DNA from: Archaeoglobaceae archaeon
GTDB lineage: Archaea; Halobacteriota; Archaeoglobi; Archaeoglobales; Archaeoglobaceae
Assembly (NCBI GenBank): GCA_030153385.1
Contig: JASKJN010000001.1
Span: 1-58,862, forward strand
Direction of reading: 5' to 3'
DNA length: 58,862 nucleotides
Both the position numbers and the translations under genes were made by a program. Shown here piece by piece: positions 31,307 through 41,600 of the stretch; the stretch's first letter is position 1, and every line of letters starts with the position of its first letter. The notes beneath the pieces were generated by a model. That model saw only the letters and a program-made list of their open reading frames with translations. It did not search any database and was not told the DNA's origin.

Positions 31307-32127
31307 TCCAAACTGAATTTTTTTGCCTCCTTCGCTTTGAGGATCTTAACCCCTGATAATTCCTCAAATAGGGTCTTAACTCTCGCATTCGTCGATTTGT
31401 CATCGTAGATAAGGAATTCAGCTTTGCTGAGCTCTATGGCTTTATTGAGGATTTCAAGGTCGAGATTTTCGAACGTGTATTTTGCAAAATTGTGCCCGAA
31501 GGCGAAGTGTGTTTCGAGAATTATCTCGGTCTGTCTTGGGACGTAATGCGTTCCCCCTATCCCTACTGCAATCTTCCAGTCTTTTCTCGGATCTCTTATC
31601 GCTTCAAGGATCGATTCTGCCAGCACTTCTCCCGCTTCACCGTTCTTCCACTCCAATTCAGTAGATCCGATTTCGTAGAAGGCACAAGGTTTTGAGATCT
31701 CCGATGGCCCGTGATGAGTAGCTTCTAAGCTGAACTCAAAGTCCATAACCCTGTTTAGTCTCTTCTTCAAAGCTAGCACGAAGTTCTTCATCGTGATCGG
31801 CGAAGGTCTTGCCAAGCTCTTGGCCAAGCCTCCGTAGGTGCTTTCACCGACATTTCCTGAAACATGGGTTGTGAAAATCTTCCTTCCATCCTTACTGCTG
31901 TGCCTTGACGCGAAGAGGATTTCATCAAAATCTAAAAATCTCGAAAGCCTTTCATCGATCCTGTCAGCGTAAATGAGCCTTTCATTAACTTCCACTACCG
32001 CAAAGTCATCCTCGAAGTAGAATGTGTAATCTCCAAGCTTTTTCTTCTCAAAGCTACCCATCGTTAGAAGATGGGACATTATGTTGAGCGATGCGGGATC
32101 GTTTGTGGAACAGACGACCAGTTTCAT
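31303..32127 (-). CDS. dtdA: D-aminoacyl-tRNA deacylase, archaeal type (DtdA)
   Basis: MKLVVCSTNDPASLNI..., SRHSS and EATHHGP motifs. 274 aa. ATGA overlap with the pyrI stop. Confidence 0.7.
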   Translation of the reverse strand: MKLVVCSTNDPASLNIMSHLLTMGSFEKKKLGDYTFYFEDDFAVVEVNERLIYADRIDERLSRFLDFDEILFASRHSSKDGRKIFTTHVSGNVGESTYGGLAKSLARPSPITMKNFVLALKKRLNRVMDFEFSLEATHHGPSEISKPCAFYEIGSTELEWKNGEAGEVLAESILEAIRDPRKDWKIAVGIGGTHYVPRQTEIILETHFAFGHNFAKYTFENLDLEILNKAIELSKAEFLIYDDKSTNARVKTLFEELSGVKILKAKEAKKFSLD

Positions 32128-32582
32128 AGGAGGTAGTCTGCGAGCTCTTTAATCCTCCTTCCACAGTAGTGACATTTTGCAAAGACCTCGTTTCCGTTTG
32201 TTTTAATGTAGAAGATCGAAGATATCGGCTCCTTGCTGTTTGAGATACACATTCTGTTTGGACATTTCAGGATTCCCTTAACGACCTCCGGGAGCTTTAC
32301 CTTGAACTTCTTTTCAATTTCATAGTCTTTTATCAGATTTATAGTCGCATTGGGGGCGATCAAGGCGATCTTGTTAAGTTCCTCCTCTTTAATGAAAAGC
32401 CCCTCAACTTTCACGATGTCCTTCTTCCCCATCTTTTTGCTCGGCACGTTTAAAGCCATTGAAACGGTCTCTCTCGTCTTTTCATTTATTCCAAGGATTT
32501 TAAGAACGAGAATTGCCCTTCCTGCAGGTATATGGTCGATTACCGTTCCCTCCTTAATCTTGCTTATTACCAACTCCCTCAA
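32124..32582 (-). CDS. pyrI: Aspartate carbamoyltransferase regulatory subunit
   Basis: ISKIKEGTVIDHIPAG... allosteric domain and the C-terminal Zn domain CPNRMCISN...CHYCG. Confidence 0.9.
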   Translation of the reverse strand: MRELVISKIKEGTVIDHIPAGRAILVLKILGINEKTRETVSMALNVPSKKMGKKDIVKVEGLFIKEEELNKIALIAPNATINLIKDYEIEKKFKVKLPEVVKGILKCPNRMCISNSKEPISSIFYIKTNGNEVFAKCHYCGRRIKELADYLL

Positions 32583-33475
32583 ACCATCACCTCTGAAAGG
32601 ATCGCCATCCTAACTGGAACTCCATAGAACGCCTGCTTGAAATACCTTGCATTTCTTGTTGAATCCACTCTTACGTCTATTTCATCAACTCTTGGAAGCG
32701 GATGGAGTATTATTGCATTCTCTTTCATTCTTTTGACCATGTCTAAGGTTATTCTGTAGCTTCCCGCAACCCTTCTATATTCCTCCTCATCCAAAAACCT
32801 CTCCTTCTGAATTCTCGTCACATAAAGAACGTCGACTGAGTCTATGATTTCTTCAAGCTTTGCCTTTTCAACATCCCCGTTCAATTCTTCGAGAAAATCC
32901 TCAGGCAGACTCAGGATTTCGGGGCTTACGAGATAGATCTTGGTGTTAAAAAGAGTTAATGCTTTTATAAGGGAATGGATCGTCCTTGAGTATTTTAGGT
33001 CACCCACAAGAGCTACTGTCAACCCTTCAAGTCTTCTGCATTCTTTTCTTATTGTGTATAAGTCGAGCAGGGTTTGTGTCGGATGCTGACCCGCACCATC
33101 GCCCGCATTTATAACAGGCACCGACGAATTCTCAGCTGCAAATCTCGCAGCACCTTCAAGGAAGTGTCGGATGACGATTGCGTCGCAGTAGTTGGAAATA
33201 ACCCTGATTGTATCAGCAAGCGTCTCTCCTTTTGCCATACTGCTTGCTTCCTGCGCAGAAACGTTAACAACTTCTCCACCAAGCCTTTTCATCGCAGTTT
33301 CGAAGCTAATTCTCGTCCTTGTGGAGGGTTCGAAAAAGAGGTTTGCAAGGATCTTTCCTTCAAGAATCCTGCAATTCCTCAAGCCGAGAGCGACTTCCTC
33401 AAAATCCTCCGCCTTATCCAGTATTTTCAAGATCTCTTCCTTGCTGAGGTCATCGATCGAGATCAGATGCTTCAT
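32579..33475 (-). CDS. pyrB: Aspartate carbamoyltransferase catalytic subunit
   Basis: FFEPSTRTRISFE, the HPTQ signature and the HPLPR motif. 298 aa. Confidence 0.95.
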   Translation of the reverse strand: MKHLISIDDLSKEEILKILDKAEDFEEVALGLRNCRILEGKILANLFFEPSTRTRISFETAMKRLGGEVVNVSAQEASSMAKGETLADTIRVISNYCDAIVIRHFLEGAARFAAENSSVPVINAGDGAGQHPTQTLLDLYTIRKECRRLEGLTVALVGDLKYSRTIHSLIKALTLFNTKIYLVSPEILSLPEDFLEELNGDVEKAKLEEIIDSVDVLYVTRIQKERFLDEEEYRRVAGSYRITLDMVKRMKENAIILHPLPRVDEIDVRVDSTRNARYFKQAFYGVPVRMAILSEVMV

Positions 33476-33507
33476 CCTCTATAAAGTCAGTAGAAAGTAT
33501 TTAAGGA

Positions 33508-34302
33508 TTGATGTCAACACCCTTTATGGATATTCTTGAGCTTATCGACGAGGCCAAAAAGTTGATGAGGGGAAAAATGATCGAGGTTGAAGAGAAGAAG
33601 TGCACGATCATCGGCGATCTTCATGCTGACCTCGAGGCTTTCGAGCTTATAGAAGAGAAAATTTATGGAAAGGCAGTATTCCTTGGGGATTATGCAGATA
33701 GAGGCGATGAGCCCTTAGAGGTTTATGAGCGTATTCTGAAGATGTTTCTCGACGATAAGGCGGTTCTGCTTAGAGGAAATCATGAGAGCGAAGATGTTTA
33801 TCCCCACGAACTGCCTTGGCAGTTGAGCTACTATGAGAATGGTGAGGAGATCTATCGTTCTCTTGTTGATCTCTGGGAGAGAATGCCCTACTCTGCGATA
33901 TTAAACGGCGAGATCTGGCTGGCTCATGGAGGTGTTCCATGCAGAAGCGATTTAAATGGAATTAGGAATCCCACCGAGGATCTAGCTCTCGAAATACTCT
34001 GGAACGATCCGTGGGAAAGGGAAGAATGTGGAGAGAACTTCAAAAGGGGGGTCATGTTCTTCTTCGGCAAAAGGGCAACGAGAAATCTCTTTGAAAAGCT
34101 TGGAGTAAGGCTTGTGGTTAGATCACATGAGCCTCAAAAAGTTCTCAAGGTTGAGCAGGGGGGAATGGTGATAACGGTTGGTTCTTGTGCAAATCCCTAC
34201 AGCCTTGCAAACTTTGCGATCCTCTGCGTGGATTCCGAACAGAAATGGCACGATGGCTACGAATTCGTGGATAAATTTGGCATTGAAATGTTTCTTTATT
34301 GA
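33508..34302 (+). CDS. Metallophosphoesterase (PPP-type Ser/Thr phosphatase-like)
   Basis: The GDLHAD, GDYADRGD and LRGNHE motif triad. Confidence 0.8.
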   Translation: MMSTPFMDILELIDEAKKLMRGKMIEVEEKKCTIIGDLHADLEAFELIEEKIYGKAVFLGDYADRGDEPLEVYERILKMFLDDKAVLLRGNHESEDVYPHELPWQLSYYENGEEIYRSLVDLWERMPYSAILNGEIWLAHGGVPCRSDLNGIRNPTEDLALEILWNDPWEREECGENFKRGVMFFFGKRATRNLFEKLGVRLVVRSHEPQKVLKVEQGGMVITVGSCANPYSLANFAILCVDSEQKWHDGYEFVDKFGIEMFLY

Positions 34303-34402
34303 GATGAAAAATTATATACTTCACCAGTTGTTATGCTCAGTTACCAAAATAACCTATATCAACTTCCCTTCTAACGTCTCCATAGCATTACATACATTTT
34401 TA

Positions 34403-35653
34403 TTAATTCTTCCTACCATATTTCCTAATAAATGTTACTACAAGAGCTATGAACAGCAATAACAGGAACAGGAAATAGTAGCCAGAAAATCCAGATTCAG
34501 GCATGATACCATCAGTTCTTGTCTCCTTCTCTCCCGCTAAAATGTATATTCCACTCTGATTTGATGTGAAATTAGCATGTCCTAGGCCTTGAGACACTCT
34601 TACCGGTGAGCCTGAATCCATTCGATAAAAGGCGATGTTTGAAAGATCAACCTTGCTGGATAGATTCTTCACGTCTTCTTCTGTAAGATTTGATTCCATG
34701 TATATGTAGCCTGTTTCGGTAAGAATATCGGGGATTATTGTTACATTTATAGCTTCGCTTAAGGCAACATAATTCTCGGGCAGAGAGAAGTTCATCAATG
34801 AGAACTCAAAATTTAACCCTGTTAAATTCACTCTAACCAGCATAAATTTGTTCTCCAATGAGTCGAAGTTCTTAGCATATACACCGCTACCTTCAAATTC
34901 GTTTGCGGATATGAGATTATTAGAAGTAACGGTGAGGTCCAGAAAAGTCTGTGTCGCATTCACACGGTTTCCCGATATAGTATTCCAGCTTGAAAATTCC
35001 GATAATAGACCGATACCGCAGTTTGTAAGCTCATTACCCCCTATAAAATTGTAAGCTGAATTTCTTAGCGAAATGCAAACCTCACAGCTCTCTACAATGT
35101 TCTCTGTTATGTTGTTAAACCCGGATATTATCATTGATATCCCTGTGGCTCCCCGATTAAGCTTGTTCTGGTAAATCACGTTTAACATGGTATCCTCAAA
35201 GAATACGTGTACGCGGTTTTCCTTAAAGGCGTTGCCAATTACTTTATTGCGAGCTCCGCCTGTAAGCCATATCCCTCGGTTATTCCCCTCGATCGTGCTG
35301 TTCTTAACCGAGACATTTTCTGACCAAATAACCTTGACTGCAGTTGAACCATTGATGATGCGAACCCCTTCGATGCTAACGTTGTTTGACATAATCTGAA
35401 TAGTGGGTTGTGTCCAGATATGGGGCTGAATAACTGTGTCGTTTCCACTGCCAGCGATTGATATGGATTTTCCAACAAAAAGATTTTCAGCATAAATCCC
35501 GCGATCGAGCTGAATTATATCTCCCTCACTCGAAGCGTTAAGAGCTTCCTGAATGGTTGAATAGCCACCTTTGCCTACAGTTATGGTTGCTGCGGATGAA
35601 ACTGACATCATTGCCAGAAATGCTAGTATTGTGAGAACAGGAACCACCTTCAT
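34403..35653 (-). CDS. Secreted right-handed beta-helix (PbH1/NosD-like) protein with a C-terminal transmembrane anchor
   Basis: The ATG at 35653 overlaps the giant gene's TGA (ATGA). Signal peptide MKVVPVLTILAFLAMMSVSSA. PbH1-like repeats (NNVSIEGVRIINGS, NSTIEGNNRGIWL, IGNAFKEN). C-terminus SGFSGYYFLFLLLLFIALVVTFIRKYGRKN. Confidence 0.75.
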   Translation of the reverse strand: MKVVPVLTILAFLAMMSVSSAATITVGKGGYSTIQEALNASSEGDIIQLDRGIYAENLFVGKSISIAGSGNDTVIQPHIWTQPTIQIMSNNVSIEGVRIINGSTAVKVIWSENVSVKNSTIEGNNRGIWLTGGARNKVIGNAFKENRVHVFFEDTMLNVIYQNKLNRGATGISMIISGFNNITENIVESCEVCISLRNSAYNFIGGNELTNCGIGLLSEFSSWNTISGNRVNATQTFLDLTVTSNNLISANEFEGSGVYAKNFDSLENKFMLVRVNLTGLNFEFSLMNFSLPENYVALSEAINVTIIPDILTETGYIYMESNLTEEDVKNLSSKVDLSNIAFYRMDSGSPVRVSQGLGHANFTSNQSGIYILAGEKETRTDGIMPESGFSGYYFLFLLLLFIALVVTFIRKYGRKN

Positions 35654-38600
35654 TGCTTCACCACCCTTATCTTTATATCTGCGTTTATCTCTGCTTTCCT
35701 CGCAAAATCTCCCCTCTCGTAGTTTACCGAATACTGGTAATGGTGTTCGAAAGGCTCCCAAGAGTCTTTACCGGTTTTCTTAAGTACTGCATACTCTGGT
35801 GTTAGAGAATAGCCTGTTAGAATATAATCAGAATACTGGAGTTCGTGTCCACAGCATATGGCTCCCACGTTTGGATTGGAACTCCATCCTCGATCAAGAG
35901 ACCATGAATGAGTGCCCGAACTTGAACCTGATTCTGGATACTCATTTGTTCTTCCAGGACACCTAATTACTAAATTACTAACACCACTCCAAGAAGAACT
36001 CATTGAGTTCTCAATACTATCAGCGTAATAGCTCACTCTGTGAGTGCTGCTTTCTGAACCACTATTATAAAATGAGCTGGTACAATCAGATTCGTAATCA
36101 ATGCTGCTACCTGCGCTGCTATAAAATTCACCACGACTTCCAATCCCTTCACCCAAGATAGACATTTGAAGTTGGATAGGATTAACGGAGATGTAGATAT
36201 TGCCACTTCTTATATCTTCTTTTATTATCGCAGTTGGGGCATTCCTTAGAGTGGAGGATAGGCTGAGATGAACATTGCCACTGCTCGTTCCACCACCGCT
36301 TGATCGTTCACGGCTCAATGGTGTTGTTAAACTCCAATCCTGACTCCAACTTTCTTGCCAGCTGTACTGCCTGTTAAACGTTAGATCAGCGAAGGTGCGC
36401 TCACTTCCACTTGTTCTCTCCCAAATAGTTTTTGATTTGAAGTTGTATCTATAGCTACCTCCTATGTTAAAGGTTATTGTATGAGCACCACATGTTTCTA
36501 TTTCTGTTCCAGAGCAACCTGAGGCACTATCCACCCAGTTAGAAGTATATGCGAAATTCTGCTTCCATTCGATCAGAACTACAAATTCTTCTTCCTTTAT
36601 TTTTATAAACGCTTCATCCCTTGGCGCAAATTCGTAGCCAAATGCTTGGTAGACTGCCGGTATCTTTGCTATGCCTACCTTTTCACCTGCGATGAACTTG
36701 ATCGCAGCCATGCCATTTGTATCTGTCACAGGGTTTCCATGAGAGTCCGTCGCTCCCAGAGGTACTACCTTGCCATCAAGCAGAGCATACTTCTCTATGA
36801 GAATAGGCCTGCCTGATAGTGGTATCTTCTCCCCAGTGAGTTCTTCTTTATATAAGTAGGCATGTAAATTAGTATCCTGCCTTGGTGCAATTTCATCTTT
36901 TTCTGCTTTGATCTCTATCCCTATCCCTGCTATTTTGATGATCGCTAAGCTGTGCTTCTCTTCTCTCCCCCTTTCCATTGTGAATACCTCTATCTTATCA
37001 ACCCCCGCCTTAACACCCTTTGATGAAACAAGTTGGTATTCCGCTCTTGCAATTCCTTCGCTGTCTGTTGTTGAGTAAACATAACCAGAATAAGGTGAAC
37101 CCGGAGAGGCTGTGCCTTCTGCTTTAACCTGTCCCCTATCGGTTATTTCCTTAAAGTATACCTTTGCACCTTTAACAGGCTCTCCACGGCAGTTTTTAAG
37201 TTCTACTTTGATTTCAGCTTTATCTCTGCCCTCCTCAAATGTAACGGATTCAGGAGTGAGAGTAATGAGTAAAGATGTCTCTCCTCTTGGGGGTAATGGA
37301 TTATAGGTCTCGTGTAGCTTGATGTGAGATGCGATATCTCCATAGGAGAGGAAGGGGTCAGGCCCATTTACGATTTCATAAATTGCTCTTTGTATGTTCC
37401 TGTTCTTAGATTCTGCACCCCATACAACAAGAGGTCCAACGTCGAGGTCAACGAGTTCAGATTTCAGGATATAACCTTCATATCCTTCTCTGGTAGAATT
37501 TTCCCCAAAATATGTTATTTCACTTGGTTTAACAGAGAGATGATCTATATCGAGTCCGATGAGATATTCAACATCAGTGGTTTGCTTGAATTTTGATAGG
37601 TCAGTTTCAGCCCCTGGGTTTTGTATTAAATAGCTCTCCTGTTCTCGCAGAATATCGAGTCTCTCAAATTCAGTGTAAATTATAACATCGGTAGTCATTT
37701 TGAGAAGTATCTCCTTAAGCTCTTTTGCAAAATATCTCTTTAGGGTCTCGGGTGTATCGCCGGGATACTCTTGAAGAAGTTTATTTCGCGCACGTTCAGT
37801 GATGTCAACGTAAATTATTATTTTTGGTTTTGAACATTTATCTTCATCATTACCTTCGAACCCATTGAATCTTAACTCAGAATAACAGGAGCTTTTCAAC
37901 GGTGAAGAAAGATATTTGGGAGAGGCGGTTGAAGATAGCCAGTCCAAGTCTATTTCACCTGAATACTCAAGGATGAGATTTCTTGTTAAGTTTTCACCAC
38001 AGCTTAAACTTATCTGAACCATTGGTATATGGTAAACCTTTCCTTCTTTGCTGTAAGCTTCGCCTGTAAGATAGTATTTTCCCGGTAAAGTGGTTATTGA
38101 ATAGCCATAGTGATCTCCTGTGAACTCCCTATCAGTTATTTCGAGAGTGTAGAAATCTATTAGTCTTATTCTGCTGAGAATGAAGGCAGAAGCGTCATCA
38201 TCATCAGCATTTCTGAGGTAAACTCCGCTGACCATTGCCGGCTTTCTGCAAACATCGAATGTTGATATATCATCGGCAATCAAATCTCCTTTCTCGCTGA
38301 ATAAATTGCTCCTTATTATATACATCCCTTCTTCCCAATCACTGCCTACAGCCCCATCAACTGCTACGAAGTAATCAGATTTAATAGGTCTATATTCCCT
38401 GCCACTTGCTTTTGCTGAGATTGCTGGGAGATAAACTTGCTCGCCACTTGGATCTTCCATTGAGAGAATTAATGTGCCGTTCTCTGTTCCATTTCCCGTA
38501 AGCATATGCTCTACAATGATTCCTTGATTCTCAGAAAAGATCTCTCTGTTGATGTAGACTTTCACAGAGGTTTGATTGCTATAATAAATTTTCTCAGTTG

Positions 38601-41600
38601 AGAGAGAAATGGGGGTGTCGGAGTTAACTTCATTTATCTTCCCGATTAGAATATAGGTGCCTTGAGTAAATTTGCTGTCAAATTTAAGAATGGATGGAAG
38701 TCTTCCATAGTAGTTTGTTCTTAAGTAATAGGAATCAATTGGTCTCTCTTCCTCACTCCAATCTGGATAATAGAGTCGCTTACCATCTAGAGTTTGCAGA
38801 TAGATATATGCACTGTAATCGCTTTCATTGATTATCCCATCTATCTTAACGTAGGCTGTCATGCTTTCGTTTTCGGAAATCGCTTTGTCATATGTGAAAA
38901 CCTTAATTTGCGGAAAGCTGAAAGGCAGAGACGGAATCAGAGAAACGTTTTTTATCTCCCAGTCTTTCGCACCGCTTCCCACATTCTCTGAGATAAATGA
39001 AATGATATTCTCAGCATCCGCTGTGATCTCCTCATAAGAAATGGGGATTTCATAGCTCTGATATGATGGTGATGGCTGGAGTGAATATATCAGAGAGCCA
39101 TGCAAGTCTCTATAGCTCTGAATTCCGTCTCTCCAGTATTTATTCATGTAAATATCAATATTAACCTCGCCTTTAGCTTCGAACTTTAAAGTATAATCCA
39201 CCGTCCTTCCATAGAAGGAGAAGGCAACATCGTCAATGAATCGAGGTGAGGTGAGTGTCCCAGCTCTTTCAACTTCACCCAAGGTTATAGGGATTATTTC
39301 AAATTCCACTTCTCCCCTCCCCTTCTTTCCGTAGTAATCCTCTCCATTCACAACTATGCGATGAACTCCGAGTGATAAGCGGGTTATTTCTTTAGTTCCC
39401 GATGTAGCATAGGGAGCTAAGCTTATGGTTTCAGGCTCTTTTTGATCTAAAATATAGGAAGCTCTCTTCAGAGGCAATGGAGAAATGAATGAGAGGTTTA
39501 ATTCTCTTTGGGAATAGAATTTATTTTCTGGATTTGTTATCAAAATCTTAAACTCAGGCTCAGTGACTTCTTCAAGGGTTGGCAGGGGAACGTATTCGTA
39601 TGAACCCCCACCACCTCCGCCTCCCGATGGTGTGGCTGGGACACTTATTGTAAAGTTAACCGTAGATGAATTAACATTCCTAGCGGTATCATTTACATAG
39701 ACCTTCAGAGTGTAAGCGCCATTTGATAGTCCATTTATTGTTGTATTTGGAGTGAAAGTAACGTTTGCTCCTGAGTTAAGGTTGTACCACCATTTGTATG
39801 TGTCTGGATCGGGGGAGTAAACCTCGAGGTAAACATATGTAGCGGTATATGTTCGACCTTCAACTGGAGAAACTATGTATATTGAGGGTGGTGTGAAGTC
39901 CGGAGCAACATTTGTGAGAGGTAAACAATCTCCCCCATTCCTTATTTCTCCATTCGAGTTGTATGGAACCTCAGTATCGCCTAAACCATCACCTCCAATA
40001 GTATCCATCCCTGTATAATCGTGCCAGTAGTTCCCGCCCAGGTAAGGGCCATTTATTATATTGGTTCCAGCGGTTTTAGTTATATTCCAAATGTTGTTGC
40101 CGTAGTCGTGAGCATTTATGGTGTTGTTGAAGTAGTTGTTGTAAATGGTATTGTTGTTCGAATAAGAAAGATATATACCGTACTTCTGCTTCGTTGCTGT
40201 GCCTGTGATGTTGCAGGAAGAGACTGTGTTGTTGTCAGACTCGTAAAAGTATAAACCAATTGGATTTATAGCATATATGCCTGTTCTCGTGGAGTCGCCA
40301 TTGTTCTCCACCTCTGAGTTGATTATACTGCTGTTATGCGAGTAATCAAACGTTATTCCTCGTATTTCATTATTGCTAATTTCACAATTTATGATCTGGC
40401 TTGAATTTGTTTTTCCGAAGTAAATCCCCGTGCCCCAGTTAAGGATGTCACTTTGACCTTCTTCACCATTTGAAGTTAAAGTGGAGTTTATGATCGTAAT
40501 GTTAGTTGAACTGTAGACAGCAACACCAGATAAAGCATGGTGAGCTGAAAAAACAGAAATCATAGAATCCTTTGTTTTATACAATAGAACACCATGGGAG
40601 TTTGCATTAAATCCAAGGCCCTCAAGTTTTATGTTACTGCAGTTGATACAGGCGAAAAATCCCGCCTGGGGCAGAGTTGTTAAATTAAATACTTTATTGG
40701 ATTCGTTCTTTAAATAATAAATTTTTAATCCATTAACAGTATTCGAAGTATCGATATCAAGATCAAAATCAGCGTCGACGACTCCTCCCCAGCTACCTTC
40801 GTAATATCCTGGATCGATATAGAAATTGTATTTGTTGTCTGATAGTGAATTATTCCTCAGTGTCAGATTTGTTGAATATTCATCCGCTGATGATGACAGT
40901 ATCTCTACACCGGTGTATTTGTATTCTACTGTGTTATTTGATATTATGCAGTCGCTCGCATGATTGATTTTTATGCCAGCATCATCCTTTATTATCGGTA
41001 TCCATCCAGAAATTCTGTTGTTTATTATCTGGTTGTCGTCCGAATCAACTCTTATACCTCCGTAACCCGAAAGTTCATTTCCAGAAACGATGTTTTGTTC
41101 AGCAAAACTATTTATCCACAAAATGGGCGTTGAATCGCTTACATTTTTAGTAAATGTGTTGTTCTCAATTCGATTTCCAATTGCATGTTTATAGCTCAGT
41201 CCTTCAATGGATATATATTTTTTACTATATTCACCCTCCATAAAGGTGTTGGAAGTGATAATGTTGTATTTGGAGCCTTCGATCTCGAGATAGGAGGAAA
41301 TGAATGTGTTATTTGCGATGAGATTCCTGTCTGAACTGGATAGATAGCCCTTTACAATGAATATACCACTTTGATTAAACGTATTGTTCCTTATTATGTT
41401 GTCAGTTGATTCATGATCTGTTATCATTATGCAATCCCCGGGTCCAGTAACAAGATAAGTAGTATAGCCAACCTTTATTCCTGAGTAACGAACCGCACCA
41501 TTACAAGTACCGTAACCAGAGTTATTGATATAAAATCCTTGAATAATATTTCCGTTAGATTTAAGTGTGAACCCACTGCCGATTCCATTGGCATTAACAA